Source: Scenedesmus sp. PABB004 (lineage: Eukaryota). From it: DNA of 64,000 nucleotides. The stretch spans positions 1-64,000 of the forward strand of contig JABVCE010000002.1 of NCBI GenBank assembly GCA_014905635.1. The letters run 5' to 3'. Below, piece by piece: positions 33,823 to 46,477 of the stretch. The position numbers and the translations under genes were made by a program. Every line of letters begins with the position of its first letter. Position 1 is the first letter of the stretch. The notes under the pieces were generated by a model, which made no database searches, was not told the DNA's origin, and saw only the letters and a program-made list of their open reading frames with translations.

Positions 33823-35304
33823 ATGGCCGCGCTGCAGCGCTGCTGCGGGCAGGCGCGGGCCCAGATGAGAGCGTTTGCTGCCGGCCCGCCCCCGCGCCCG
33901 CACGTCGCGCGGCCACGCGCCGCTCCCGGACTGGCCAGCGGCTTCGGGCACCCAGCCCGCGCGACGCCGGGCGACGGCGCGGCCGCGAGCGCAGGCGGCG
34001 ACGCGCAGCAGCGGCAGCAGCCCGCGCGGCGGCAGCGGCGCCCGCGCCGGCGCGCCGCGGCGGCCGCCGCGGCCGGCGACAGCAGCCGCCCCGTGGCGGC
34101 GTCGCTGGCGGGCGGGCTGTCGGCGCTGGACGCGCTCTACCGCTTCACGCGGCCGCACACGATGGCCGGCACGGCGGTGTCGGTCGTGTCGGTCAGCGCG
34201 ATGGCCCTCGCCGGCGCGCCGTGGAGCGCCGCCACGGCGACGGCGCTCGCGCAGGCCCTGGTGTCGGCGCTGCTCATGAACGTGGCCATCGTGGGCATCA
34301 ACCAGCTCTACGACGTCGACATTGACAAGGCGCGCGCGCCCGCGCACGCGCCGCCGCCGCCGCCGCGCACGCCGGCGATGGTCGGCCGCCGCGGCCCGCC
34401 AGTGGCCCCCGCCTTGCTGCGGCCGCCGGCCGCGCACCGCCGTGGCCAGGCCGCCCCCGCCGAGCCCCGCCGTGCCGCCCCCCGTCCCGCCGTAGGTGAA
34501 CAAGCCCTACCTGCCCCTGGCTGCGGGCGACCTCACCATGGCCCAGGTGCGCGCCCCGCGCGGCCGCTCCGCCGCGCTCGGCCCGCCGGCCGGGCCCCCG
34601 CGCGCCGACGCGCGCCGAGCCGCCGGCGCGCGCCGCGCCGACGCGCCGCCGCCGCCGCCGCGCAGGGCGCGGGCATCGTCGGCGCGTGCGCGGCCGCGGG
34701 CCTCGCGGTCGGGTGGCTCGCGGGCTCGCCGCCGCTGCTCGCGACGCTGTGCGGCAGCCTCGCGCTCGGCGTGCTGTACAGCACGGAGCTGCCGTTCATG
34801 CGCTGGAAGCGCTCGCCCTGGCTCGCCGCGCTCTGCATCCTCGCGGTGCGCGCGGTGCTGGTGCAGCTGGGCTTTTTCCTCCACATGCGCGCCGCGGCGG
34901 GGCTGGGGTGCGGCCTGGAGCTGACGCGGCCGCTGGGGTTCAGCGTGGGGTTCATGCTGCTGTTCAGCGTCGTCATCGCGCTGTTCAAGGACCTCCCCGA
35001 CGTCAAGGGCGACGCCGCGGCGGGAGTGACGACGTTCTCAACCTCCCACGGCGTGCCCTCTGTGTTCTGGGCGTGCGTCGCGCTGCTGCTCGCCGCGTAC
35101 GCCGGCGGCGTGGCGTTCGGCCTCACCTCGCCCGCGCCCTGGGCGCGCCTGCCCGTCGCGGCCGCGCACGCGGGCCTCGCGGCGCTGCTGCTCGCGCGCA
35201 GCCGCCGCGTCAACACGGCGCGGCGGGGCGAGCTCACGGCGCACTACATGTTTGTGTGGAAGCTCTTCTACGCCGAGTACCTCATCTTCCCCCTGCTGCG
35301 CTGA
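33823..35304 (+). CDS. VTE2: Homogentisate phytyltransferase (UbiA family, tocopherol synthesis)
   Basis: FTRPHT, NQLYDVDIDK|VNKPYLPLAAG, MRWKR, IALFKDLPDVKGD, YMFVWKLFYAEY. Introns 34330-34495 (GC-AG) and about 34547-34665. Confidence 0.92.
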   Translation: MAALQRCCGQARAQMRAFAAGPPPRPHVARPRAAPGLASGFGHPARATPGDGAAASAGGDAQQRQQPARRQRRPRRRAAAAAAAGDSSRPVAASLAGGLSALDALYRFTRPHTMAGTAVSVVSVSAMALAGAPWSAATATALAQALVSALLMNVAIVGINQLYDVDIDKARAPAHAPPPPPRTPAMVGRRGPPVAPALLRPPAAHRRGQAAPAEPRRAAPRPAVGEQALPAPGCGRPHHGPGARPARPLRRARPAGRAPARRRAPSRRRAPRRRAAAAAAQGAGIVGACAAAGLAVGWLAGSPPLLATLCGSLALGVLYSTELPFMRWKRSPWLAALCILAVRAVLVQLGFFLHMRAAAGLGCGLELTRPLGFSVGFMLLFSVVIALFKDLPDVKGDAAAGVTTFSTSHGVPSVFWACVALLLAAYAGGVAFGLTSPAPWARLPVAAAHAGLAALLLARSRRVNTARRGELTAHYMFVWKLFYAEYLIFPLLR

Positions 35305-36027
35305 CGCCGCCCTGACGCCGCGAGCAGCGGCAGGGCGGCGCGCCCCCGTGCCCGCCGCTGCAGCGGCGGCGCTGGACGGGGGCGAGGGCGGGCGGGCGCG
35401 CAGCAGCGCACGTGGGCGCGGAGGGGTGGGTGCGCGCGCGGCGGCCGGGCGGGGGCGCACCGGCGGCGCCGCGCCGCCCGCCTGTGAGGGCGCACTGCGT
35501 GCACGCACGGCGCGGAGAGGAGCTGCACCAAGCTCCGGGTGCGCAGCAGCACTGGCAGCGGGCAGCAGCACTGCGTTGGCCCTCGAGCCGCCGGGCGGCG
35601 CGCGCCGTACAGGGGCCGCGCGCACACGCCGCCCGCTCGCGAGCACCGGGCCGTCGCTGCCACTGGGCGCCGTTTGCGCCGTCTCTCGGTTGTGCTGTTG
35701 TCGCACGGTGAAGATTGGCCGTGCTGCCGCCGCGCGCCGCCGCGCGCGCTGTGCATCGCGCATCCCCGGACGCCGGCCCTGAGGCCGCCGGGCCAGACGA
35801 ATTCTTCTCCCCCGCCTGTCCGCCGGGGCGGCGTGAATAAGGAGCGGGCGCGGGCGGGTCACGAGCGCGGGGCTGTGTGGCGCAGCTGAGCCGCCGCCGC
35901 GGTAACGCCGCCGCGCGCGCGATCGGCGCCGCCGGCCCTCCACACAGGCCCCCCACTCTGGCGCCGTGATCGCGGCCGCCCTCGTCTCCCAGCAGGCAGC
36001 GAGCTCGGAACACGCAGCAGCAGCAAG

Positions 36028-38046
36028 ATGGCGCAGTCGCTCATCGCCAAGTCGGCGACCAAGACGTCCGTGAAGGCGCATCTGAGCGGTTCCAAGCTGG
36101 TCGTGGTGCCGCACTGCACCGTGACCCGCAAGGGCCGGTTCACCGTGGTGCGGGCGGGCGCTGTGTGGCTGCGTCGGGCGCCGTGGCTGCCAGCGGGCGC
36201 GCGGGGCCGCGCCGGATGCGGCGCGATGGCCCTCTGCGTGGCCCGCAACACGCACTACCTCACGCGCGCGCACGCGCGCTCGTGCCCAGACGGAGCGCCG
36301 CGTGGCGGCCAGCGTGGCGAGCCCGATGAAGGAGGCCTGGGCTGCCAACCTGCACGGCCCCAGTGCGCGCGCGGACCGCCGCTCCCGCACCACAGCACGC
36401 CGCGGCGCCCGATCGGAGGCTGCTTGCATGCGGGCGTCGCCCGCGCGGCGGCGCGGCAGCAGCGGCGGCCGCCGCCGCCAGCGCGGCGCGCGGCCGCGGC
36501 CGCCGGCCCTCCGACGCCGCCCCCGTGCCCCGCGTCGCCCCGCAGCCCAGGAGGTGCTGCGCGCCGACCTGCCGGCGCTCATCAGCAGCGAGGAGATCCG
36601 CGCGCTCGAGGTGTGCGCGCTGCGCTGGCGGCGCGGCGCGGCCAGTCAACGCGTCTGCCCCGCCGCCGCGCCGCGGCACGCGCCCACCGGCGCACCCGCC
36701 CGCTCGGCGCGCCGCCGCCAGGCTGAGCTGGACGCGGGCGCGGGCGTGGAGTCGCTGCGCCGCTTCAACAAGGCCCTGCGCGCCCTGCCCGCCGACAAGT
36801 GGGGTGAGGCCGCCGCCGCCGCGGGCCGCCGCGCGGGCCCAGGGCGCCGCCGGTCGCCGCGCCCGCGCCCGCGCCGCGCGCGCGCCCCCTGCCCGAGCGC
36901 CGCGCCGCCGGCCGCCCGCCCTCTCCCGCGCGCCGCGCGCGCCGCGCAGAGGCGGTGCTGCGCCCGGTGTTCAACGAGCTCTGCTTCAACCTGGAGAGCT
37001 TCAACCCCGCGTTTGCGGCCTGCCTGCTGCAGGTGCAGCGCACCATCGGGGTGAGCGACTACGTGCGCCGCGACCTCGCGCTCAAAAACCTCATCCAGCC
37101 GCTCGCGGGCGAGTACGGCATGCACAACGGCCAGCCCCAGCTCAAGACGCATCGGTGCGGCAGCGCCTGGCGCAGCATGCACCCGCGCGCGACGGCAGCA
37201 CGGCGGCGACGGCGGCGTGCGGCCTGCCGCGCTCGCGCCGTGCTGCGCCGCTGCCCCTCACCGGCGCGCCGCCTCCCTTCTGAACCCCGCCCGGCGTGCG
37301 TGCGCAGGGAGCTGTTCTCCGACTTTTTCGCCAGCCTGTTTGGCTACCCGCTGTCGGACCTGCTCGCCGACAGCCCGCCCCCCGCCGCGGCGCAGCGGCT
37401 GTACGGGGAGATGATGCGCGACATCCTCGGCGGCGGCGGCCACGACGGGCCGCTCGCGCAGGTGTGCGACAGCCCGCGCCTGCGCGCCCGCCGCCGCGCC
37501 GCGCCGCGCCCGCGCTCGTGCCCCTCCCTCCTCCTCCTCCTACACCCACCCACGCCTCCCTGCCACCCTCCCTCCCTCTCCCTCTCCCTGCCCAGGCGTC
37601 GTACGCGCTGGGGTACAACCTGGCGATCGAATACCTGGCCGACTATGAGAAGACGTGGATGCTTGACTCGTTCAGGGACCTCAACGCCCGCGTGTGCGCC
37701 CGCGACGTCGACTGGGTCTTCCTCGAGGTGCGGCATGGGGCAGGAGCAGGGCAGCGCGGGCGTCGGCTTGGCAGGGAGGCAGGCGTGGGGCCTTGGCAGG
37801 GTGGCGGCGGCGGCCGCCGCGCGGGCGCGGCCGCCGACGCGCCGCCGCCGCCGCCCCACGCACACGCGCTGCCCGCAGGTGCACGCCGAGGGCGAGGCGG
37901 AGCACGCCGCGATCGGGCACAGCGCGGTGCTCAACCTCGTCCCGCGCGAGCACGTGCCGCTCCTGCGCCAGGCCATGGCCGACCACGACCGCGACTTTGC
38001 CGCTTTCTACAACGCCCTCGCTGGCATGATGGAGGCAGCGCACTGA
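36028..38046 (+). CDS. Heme-oxygenase-like (PqqC/CADD/TenA fold) iron-redox enzyme with N-terminal targeting peptide (8 exons)
   Basis: All-helical protein with LAGEYG..KTHR, GYNLAIEYLA, FLEVHAEGEAEH (H-x3-E-x2-H). TGTAA at 38224-38228. Confidence 0.7.
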
Positions 38047-38223
38047 TGAGACGAGCGCTGGCGCTGAGGCGCAGGCGGCGCCGAGGCGGGGGCGCCGAGG
38101 GAGGCGGGGGCGCCGAGGCAGGGACGCCGGGCGGCGCGGGGCGCGCGCGGCGCGCGGCGCGCGGCGGGCCCGCGCCGCGGGGACGGCGGCGCGCTGCAGG
38201 TTGTGTGCCGCCGCTGCTGCACC

Positions 38224-38267
38224 TGTAACAACAGACGACGGCGCGCGGCGCAACGCGGCGGGTTACA
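38224..38267. terminator. Facing chlorophyte poly(A) signals of convergent genes
   Basis: TGTAA on + at 38224-38228 and on - at 38267-38263, between stops at 38046 and 38386. Confidence 0.75.
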
Positions 38268-38385
38268 TGCGGCCGCAGCTCGCGCGCCGCCGCCCAACTC
38301 GGCTCAACTCGCGCGCGGCGCGGCGACAACGGGCCTAGTAGTGCACACGGTGCAGCCGCACGCGAGGGGCCCGCGGCCCCCCGCC

Positions 38386-41300
38386 TCACTTGGCGCCGCC
38401 CGGCAGCAGGCGCGCCACCTTGCCGAGCAGCCCGGCCTTGCGCGGCGCGCCGCCGGCGGCGGCACCGGCCGCGGCGTCGCGCTCGAGCGCGACGTCGCCC
38501 GCGTCCGCCGCCGCCCCGCCCGGCAGCGCGCCCGGCTCGGCGCGCGCCGCCTCCGCGTCGGCCCGCTCCGTGGCGAGACCCTCCTCCTCCACACCGCGCT
38601 CGTGCCCGACCGCGCCCGCCAGCGGGGCCGGGAGGCTCTCCAGCTGCGCCGCCGCAAACTCGGCGGCCTCGCGCGGGCTGGCGCGCGGGCCGGGCGCGGC
38701 GGCGGCGCTCGGCGCGAAGCCCGCCGGCACGCCCGGGAAGACCTGCCGCTGGGCCTGGAACTCGACCTCCTCTGCTGGCACGCCGCCCGCGACGGCCGCA
38801 GCATAGTCGGCGCGCTCCTCCTGGCGCTCGGCGCGCCGCGCCGCAGCGTCGGCCAGGGCCGCGCGGGGCTGCGCGAGCGCGTCGCGCACGCGGCCGAGCA
38901 GGCGCGAGCCGCTGCGGGGGCCGCCGCCGCCGCCGCTGCCGTCGCTGGCGGTGTCGCCCGCGCTGGCGGCGCTGGGCGGCGGCTCGAGCTCGCCGCCGCC
39001 GGGCGGCACGCCGGGCGCGTCGAGCTTGGCGGCGGTGGGGTTCAGCGCGGCCGCCATGGCCGCACCCTGGTCCTGCGCGTCGAGGTGGCGCTGCACGTGG
39101 GGCGGCTGGTGCAGCAGGGTCGCGGGGTGCAGGCCCGACGGCCGCGCGAGCGCGGCGTCGCCGCCGCCGGCCTCGAGGCCGGCGGCCTCGGACGGCTCAC
39201 GCGCTGCCGCGGCGCCGAGGCCCGGCTCTCGCGCGCGGTCGCCGCTCTCCAGCTCGGTCGGCGCGAGCGCCACCGGCGCCGCTTCGACGCGGCCGGCAGT
39301 CAGGGGCTCGTGGCCCGAGCCCTCGGCCGGCTGCGTGGCGCCGTCGCGCGCGGCCGGCCGCGCGCCGCTGCGGCCTGCCGCGAGCGGCGGCGCCGCCCCC
39401 TGGGCGGCCATCTCCATGCTAGCCGGCACGCCGCCGCTGCTGCTGGAGCTGGAGCTGGAGCTGGAGCTGGTGCCAGCGCGCTGCAGGCCCGCGCCGCGGG
39501 CCGCAGGGGCGGCCAGCCCGCCGCCCGCCACGCCGGCCGCGGCCGGCTCGACGCCGCCGTGCACGGCTGCGCCGCTGATGCGCGGCCCCTGGCCACTGGT
39601 CGCTGGCCCCTGGCCGCTGGCGAGCGGCACCGCGCCCTCGCCGAGAGCGGCGCCCGGGCTGGCGGCGGTCGCCGCCGCGGGCACCACCAGCAGGGAGCGC
39701 GGCAGGTCGGACTGCGCGTCGAGCGCTGCGCTGGGGCTCGGCTCCACCAGGGCGGACTCCGCAGCGCCGCCACCGCGCGCAGTTGGCGCGGTGGCGGCGC
39801 CGGGCGCGGTGGCGGCGCCGGCGCTGGCGCCGACGCCGGTGGCGACGCCAGCGCCAGTGACGGCGGCGGCGCCGTTGGCCGCCAGGCCGTGGTGCGGCTG
39901 GGCGGCGTCCGCCAGCGTGGCGGCCGCCTCCTGCCGGCGGGGCGGCCGCGGGGCAGCAGCCGCGCGGTGAGACGTGCGCCGCGCGGCCGCCGCCGGCGCC
40001 CCACCCCCTCCCCCTTTGCCCGCCGCACCTTGAGCCCGCGCGCCTCCACCTCGGCCACCGCCGCGCGCGCCGCCTCGCCCTCCTGCAGCCCCGCCGCGCC
40101 CGCGGCGCGCGCCGCGGCCGTCACCTGCTGGCAGGCGAGGCTGGCCGCCTGCGCCTCGACGTCGCTCAGCTGGGCGCCGGCGTGGACGGCCCTGCGCGAC
40201 ACGGCGGCGCGTGAGCGGGGCCCGCTGCGCGCGCGCGCGGCAGGGCGGCGCGGTCGTGGCGAGCCCGCGGCTCACATCGCCGCCATGTCCTGCTCCTGCA
40301 CCGTGCGCGCGAGCTCCTTCGCGCGCACGCCCTCCAGCTCCTGCGTGAGCTGCTGCGTGGCGCGGCGCGCCTGCTCCTCCTGCGCGGTCAGGTCGCGCGC
40401 GCGCGCCTGCACCGCCGCCAGCTCCTCCTGCTCGAGCACGACCATGCGGCTCAGCTGCGCGCCGCGCTCGTCCTCGAGCGCCGCGAGCTCCGCGGCGGCT
40501 GCGGCCGCGCGGGGCAGGGATGGGCGGCAGGGGGCGGGCGGCAGGGCGCAGCGGGCGGGGGGATCTTGAGCGCGCCCCGGCGGCCGACGGGCCGCCCACG
40601 CCGCCCGGCGCACCCCGCGCGCGCACCCTGCTCCTTCTCGGCCCTGGCCGCGCCCACCGCCTGCCGCAAGGCCTCGCGCCGCGCCTCCAGCTCGCGCAGG
40701 CGGGCCGCCGCGGCCGCGACCTCGTGCTCCGCCTCGCTCACGGCGGCGCCCGCAGAGGCCAGCCGGTGCTGTGCAGCGTCGCGCCGCTCGGCCAGCTCTG
40801 CCGCGGCCGCGTCCAGCTCGGCGGCGCGCGCGGCGATGCCCTCGCGCGTGGCCTCGATCTCGCGCCGCAGCCGCCCGGCTGCGCGGGGCGGCGGCAGCGG
40901 CGGCGAGGCGGCGGCGGCGGCGGCGGCGCGTGAGCCGACGCAAGGCGCGCGCAGCCAGGGAGCGCGCCCGCGCGCGGCGCCTGGCCGCAGGCGCGTCACC
41001 CTCGAGGCGCTGCTCGACCAGGCGCTGCTCCTCCTCCACCAGCGACCCCAGCTGGCCCTCCAGCGACCGCACGGCCCCAGCACGGCCGCGCGCTCCGACT
41101 GCAGGCGCGCCAGCTCGGCCGACGCGGCCTGCGCGCGCCGCGGCAGGGGCGCAGAGGGTTCGCGCGCGGGCGGCGGCAGTGCCAGCAGCGACAGTGCCCT
41201 GCCGCAGCCCGCGGCCGCACCTCCTGCTGGCGCAGCAGCGCCGCCCGCCTGTCGGGCAGCTCGGCGCGCAGCTGGCGCTCGATGGCCGCCGCGCGCGACG

Positions 41301-41920
41301 CCGCGTCGGTGCGCAGCCGCTCGGCCTCCGCCGCCGCCGCCGCGTGCGTGGCGGCCTCCGACTCGAGTGCGGCCGCGCGCGCGAGCAGCGCCGCCTGCTC
41401 CTGCTGCAGCGCCGCGCCACTGACGCCCCCCTCGCCGGCGCAGACCGCGCACTCGTCAGCCAGGGGCGGGGTCAGGAGCGGGTTGCCGGGCGACACGCGC
41501 GGCAGCACCTCCAGGCGCACGCCGCGCGGCGCGGCCTCATCGTCGGCCGCACCGCCGGTCGCGCCCGGCGCGGAGCGCGGCAGCGCGGCGCTGAAGCCCT
41601 CGCCGCCGCCGCTGCTGGAGCTGCTGCTGGAGCTGGCGCTGCCGGCGCGCGTGCCGAGCGCGGGCGCGCTCGCGGCGTGCGCGCGCACGGCGGCGGCGCT
41701 CAGCGGCTCGGTGGCGGCGCGGGGCTCGACGATCGCGTGCTCGGCCATCCCCGCGGGCGCGGAGGCGACCGGCGGCGGCGCCTTGGCCGCCAGCGGCGCG
41801 TGCGGCGCGCCCGGCTCGGTCGCCTGCGGGGCGCGGGGCGCGGGGCGGCCGCGCGTGAGTGCGCGGCGTGCGGCGGCGGCGGCGCGCCGCGGCGGCGGGG
41901 CGCGCGGGGCGCGCCTGCAT
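38386..41920 (-). CDS. Coiled-coil protein, paralog of the C-terminal half of the 19869-25013 gene (frameshifted near 41076 as assembled)
   Basis: GCCATGCAG|GC first exon at 41920; same exon series as the paralog (AGAAGLQEGEAARAAVAEVEARGLK); ends LLPGGAK*; one base missing versus the paralog (CTGGGGCC vs CTGGAGGCC). Confidence 0.65.
40768..41418 (-). repeat. Near-identical inverted duplicate of 22451-23109
   Basis: Reverse-complement match including introns. Confidence 0.95.
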
Positions 41921-42440
41921 GGCGCCCTGCAGGCGGGGCTGCACGTGAAGGGGCTGGGCGTGGCGCGGCCTGCGCAGCGGCGGGCCGGCGAGCGACGTCG
42001 TCGCCGCGCGCGGACTTGTGCGGGGCCTGGGCGCACAGGGGGGGGGGGGCGCGGGGCTGGTCCCCGGGGTGCACCAACGCCGCGGAGAGTGGCAGCCGTG
42101 CAGCGGCGGCGCGTAGAGGGGTCGCGCGGCGTAACGGCACGCCGCGTCACGACTTGCCGCCCCGACCGCCGCGCCGGCAGCGCCTCGTCCTGCGAGTCTC
42201 CCTCGCCCCCACTCCAGGCGGACGGAGCCGGGCACGCTGGCGCGGCGGGCCCGGCGAGCGGGCGCAGCGGCAGTGCGGCGCCGGCAAGTTGCACGCTGCA
42301 GCAGCGCCTCCCCGCACACCGCACGGCGCGCCCGCGCCGCGCGGCTGCCGCCTGCTGCCGCCTGCAGCCGCGCGCGCCGCCGCCGCTGCCGCCGCCGCGC
42401 GCTCGCGCGCGCCATGGGCCCCGGGGCCGCGCCGCGCGCG

Positions 42441-44980
42441 TCAGTTCATGCGGATCTCGTAGTTGCCTGCGGTCGTGATGTAGCGCACCCAGGGCAGGGC
42501 CTGGTAGCCGCTCTTCTCGATGACCTTCAGGTACCGCACCTGACCATGACCAGGTGACCAGGGGAGGGGGAGGGGCACAGCCGCAGGTGCACAGGGGCAG
42601 GCACAGAGGGGTGCGGGCGGAAGGCAGGGCAGGAGGGGGCAGGAAGGGTGAGGAAGGGTGCGGGTGCGAGGCGGCGAGAGGCGCGCGCCGGCGGGGGCGC
42701 AGCGTGCGTCGAGCCGCCGCGTCCGCCGCGTCCGCGCCGCGCCGCCGTGTCGCGTCGCGCCTGCATGCCGGAGACGGTGAAGTAGGGAATCTCAAACTTG
42801 ACCTTCACCGGCGGCATCTTGCTGTGGCTCTCCTCCTCCGCCTCGACCGACGGAAGGTTGAAGTGCGCGCTGCGGCGCGGCGCGGCGGCACGCGGCGGCG
42901 GCGGCGGCGTGGGCCGCGGCGCCGCGGGCTGCTGCCGCCCGCCGCTGCGCGCCGGCGGGGGCGAGGGCTGGCCGCGCCGAGGCCGGCTGCGCACCGCAGC
43001 ATGTACTCCTTGCCGCCAGGGAAGTTGCGGATGTGCCACACCAGCGCGCTCTTCTCGGGGACGTACGTCGCCGCGCCCTGCGCGCGCCAGCCCCGCGGCG
43101 CGCGCCACGCGCTGTCGGCGCCAGCGCCCCCCCCCCCCCCCGCGCCGCGGGCGCGCGCGTGCGGGGCCAGTGCCCCCCCGCCGCGCCGCGCCGCGCCGCC
43201 GCCGCGCCTGGCTGCAGCGCGTGACGGGCGCGGTCGCGTCGCTGGGCAGGGGCAGGATGACCTCCACGTTGGTCGCGACGCTGCGCTCCTTGAACTGGCT
43301 CCGCGCCTTGACCACGTAGTCGGTGCGGCTGCGGCTCGGCCGCTCGACCAGGCACTCGACCCAGATCAGCGGCCTGCGCGCGGCCGGCAGAGGCCGCCGT
43401 CGCGGCAGCGCTGCCGCGGGCGCAGACGCGCTGCACGGGCGCGCCGCGCCTCTCGCCCGCCGCCCCGCCCCGCGCCGCGCCGCGCCGCGCCGGCCCTGCG
43501 CCGCGCCGGCCCTGCGCCGCGCCGGCCCTGCGCCGCCCCGGCCCGCCCGCGCCGCGGCGCGCACTTGATGTTTTGGCTGAGCCGGTAGCTCATGAGGTCA
43601 AACGCGCCGTCCGGGGGGATGAAGCTGATGGTGCGGTCGTTGTCAAAGCGCGCGAGGCGCACGCACTGGTGGAACTTCATGTCCTCCAGGTCGACCGCCT
43701 TGGACCGGTTGTTGCGCCCCTGCGCCTCAAACAGCACCTGCGCGCGGCGGCGCGCGCACGGCGGCGCGCGCACGGCGGCGCGCGCGCGGCGGCGCGTGGG
43801 CGGCAGCGCGCAGCGCGCAGCGCGCAGCGCGCACGCCCCGCGGCCGCGCCCGCCGCCGCCTCGCCCGGCCCGACGCGCGCTCCCGCGTGGCCACGCGCCC
43901 GACGCGCTGCCCCCCATCCAAACCATCACACCTACACACACACGCGCACCTTGTCGTTGAGCCCCAGCTTGCACTCGGGCATGCCCGAGAGGTAGGTGCG
44001 CATCTTGAGCACGCCCGCGACCTCGCTCAGCACGACGGTGCCGTTGGCGTTGACGAGCAGGTTGACACTCTCCACGACGTCCAGGAAGACCTCGTTCTTC
44101 TTGTGCCGGATGCCCTCGCTGCGCCACGACACCGCGTTGGTCACCGCCATCGGCGGCTTCACGCCCACCTGCGCAGCACACGAGGGAGCGAGGGGGGGCG
44201 AGGGGGCGGGGCAGGCGCGCGGCGGCGGGGGGCTCGGGCGCGGGCGCCGGCGCGGCCGGCGATGCTGCCGCAGCTGCTGCTGCTGGTGCCGCCACCGCTG
44301 TCTCTGCCGCTGCTGCCGCCGCCCATGATCCGGCCCCGCTGCCGGCGACCCGGCCCCGCCACCGCGCGCCGCACCTCCATGCGGTACGAGTCGGTCTTAA
44401 TGAACTCCTGCAGGATCTGCGCCTCCGTGAACTGCGGGTACCCGTAGTCCATCACCTGGCGACGCCGGCGGCCCCCGCAGCAGCGGCAGCAGCGGCGCGG
44501 CGTCGGCCGCCGCGCACCGCCCTCCTCCCTCCCTCGCGGCCGCGCCGCGGGGCCGCCCCGCCTCAGCAGCGCCGCCGCCGCCTCAGCGCGGCGCCGCGGG
44601 CGCCGCGGGCGCGCGCGGGCGCCGCTGCGCGCCTCGTCGAGGAGCTCATACACGGTGACAAAGTTGTCGCGGATGCTCTCCTCCTCGACGACCTCGAAGT
44701 AGTGCTTGAACATCTCGACGAGGCGGTGCAGGAAGACGACGACCGACGCGGCGTTGACGTTGGCGCGCGTGACGGCGAGGAGGTAGACGTTGGCGGTCTG
44801 CAGGTACACGTACGTCACGCCGTCGTCGTGCAGCACGGGGCTGAGCTTGCCGCTGTCCTCGCTCTCGTTGACCTTGGTCATGAAGCGCTCCGCGTAGCGC
44901 GTGCTCACGTCGCCGCGGTAGTCGCGGTAGATGAGCACGCGGCCCTTCACGTCCAGGATGAACAGCGCCGACACCGACAT
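42441..44980 (-). CDS. AP1M: AP-1 clathrin adaptor complex mu subunit (8 exons)
   Basis: RDYRGDV, EESIRDNFVTVYELLDE|VMDYGYPQ, VSWRSEGI..KKNEVFLDVVE, DMKFHQCVRL, FIPPDG, FEIPYFTVSGMQ|VRYLKVIEKSGYQALPWVRYIT. Confidence 0.97.
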
Positions 44981-45580
44981 CGCGACGCCGACGGTGGTGG
45001 GGGCGGCGGCGCCGCGCGCCGGCGCGCCGCGGCCGGGGCCCGCTGCCGCCGCCGCCGCGGCGGCGCCGCCGCGGCGCGGCGCTGCTGTCGCGCGCGCACG
45101 CGCGCCCGCCTGCCGCGCCCCTGCTGCGCCGCGCCGCCGCTACATGCGGCGCCCCAGGGGCGGGCTCGGGGCGGGGCTGGCCCGGGGCGCGGGGGCCGCG
45201 ATCGGGCGCGGCGGGCGGGGCGGGGGTCCGGGCGCGGTGGACTGCTGCAGCGGCCGGCCGATCGCGGTGGCGGGCGTGCTGCTTGCCGGTGCGTGAGGCG
45301 CGTGGCGTGCTCTGGCGGGTGGGCGGCGCCGTTCACCGGTCGGGCGCAGGGAGCCGCGGAGAACCGCCTGTCAGATGGGGCGTGGCTCTTGTCATGCGCC
45401 CCGCGTGCTCCTGCCGCGCCGCAGAGCGCGTGCGTCAATCCCCGACGCCGGACCGCGCGCCCACGCACCCCCCTGTGCGCCTGGAGAGCCCGGGGGCGCC
45501 CCCGCCGGCCGCGAGCAGCAGCAACCGAGCCTCGCGCGGTTGCCCCGGCCCGCCCGGCGCGCGGCGCGGCTTGCGGCGCC

Positions 45581-46446
45581 ATGGAGGCGACCATCGTGTG
45601 CATTGACAACAGCGAGTGGACGCGGAGCGGCGACTACGCGCCCACGCGCTTCCAGGCGCAGGCTGATGCCGTGAATCTGCTGGCCGGCGCCAAGACGCAG
45701 GCCAACCCCGAAAACACGGTGGGCGTGCTCACCATGGCCGGCAAGACGCCCCGCGTGCTGGTCACGCCCACGCCGGACCTGGGCAAGGTGCTGAACAGCA
45801 TGACCGACATCAACATCGAGGGCGACGCCAACATCGCGACGAGCGTGCAGATCGCGCAGCTCGCGCTCAAGCACCGCCAGAACAAGAACCAGCGGCAGCG
45901 CATCGTCATCTTCGCGGGCAGCCCCGTGCGCGAGGACCGGGTGCGGCGGCGCGGAACGCGCGAGCGCGCGCGGCGGTTGGCGCGGTTGGTGCGCGCCGCC
46001 GCTGCGCGCGGGCTCTCTCTCGCGCGCGCGCACGCAACACACACGCCCCACTGCGGCGCCGCGCCCCGCTTGCAGGAGACGCTGGTGAAGATCGCCAAGA
46101 AGCTGAAGAAGAACAACGTCGCCGTCGACGTGGTGAGCTTTGGGCACGAGGCCGAGAACGACGAGCTGCTCGCCGCGTTCCACGGCGCGGTCAACAGCAA
46201 CGACAACAGCCACCTCGTCACCGTGCCGCCCGGGCCGGTGCTCTCCGACGTGCTCATCGGCAGCCCCATCTTCCAGGCGCGCCGCGGGGGCGCGCCGCGG
46301 CGCGGCGCCCGCGGCGCGGCACGGCGCTGCGCCCGCTGCAGGCGGGCGGGCCAGCGGCCGCGCTGCTCGCGCACGCTCGCACGCGTGCGCTCACCCGCGC
46401 GCGCCGCGCGCGCCGCGCCGCAGGGCGAGGGCGGCGGCGCGTTTGG

Positions 46447-46477
<31 letters not shown>

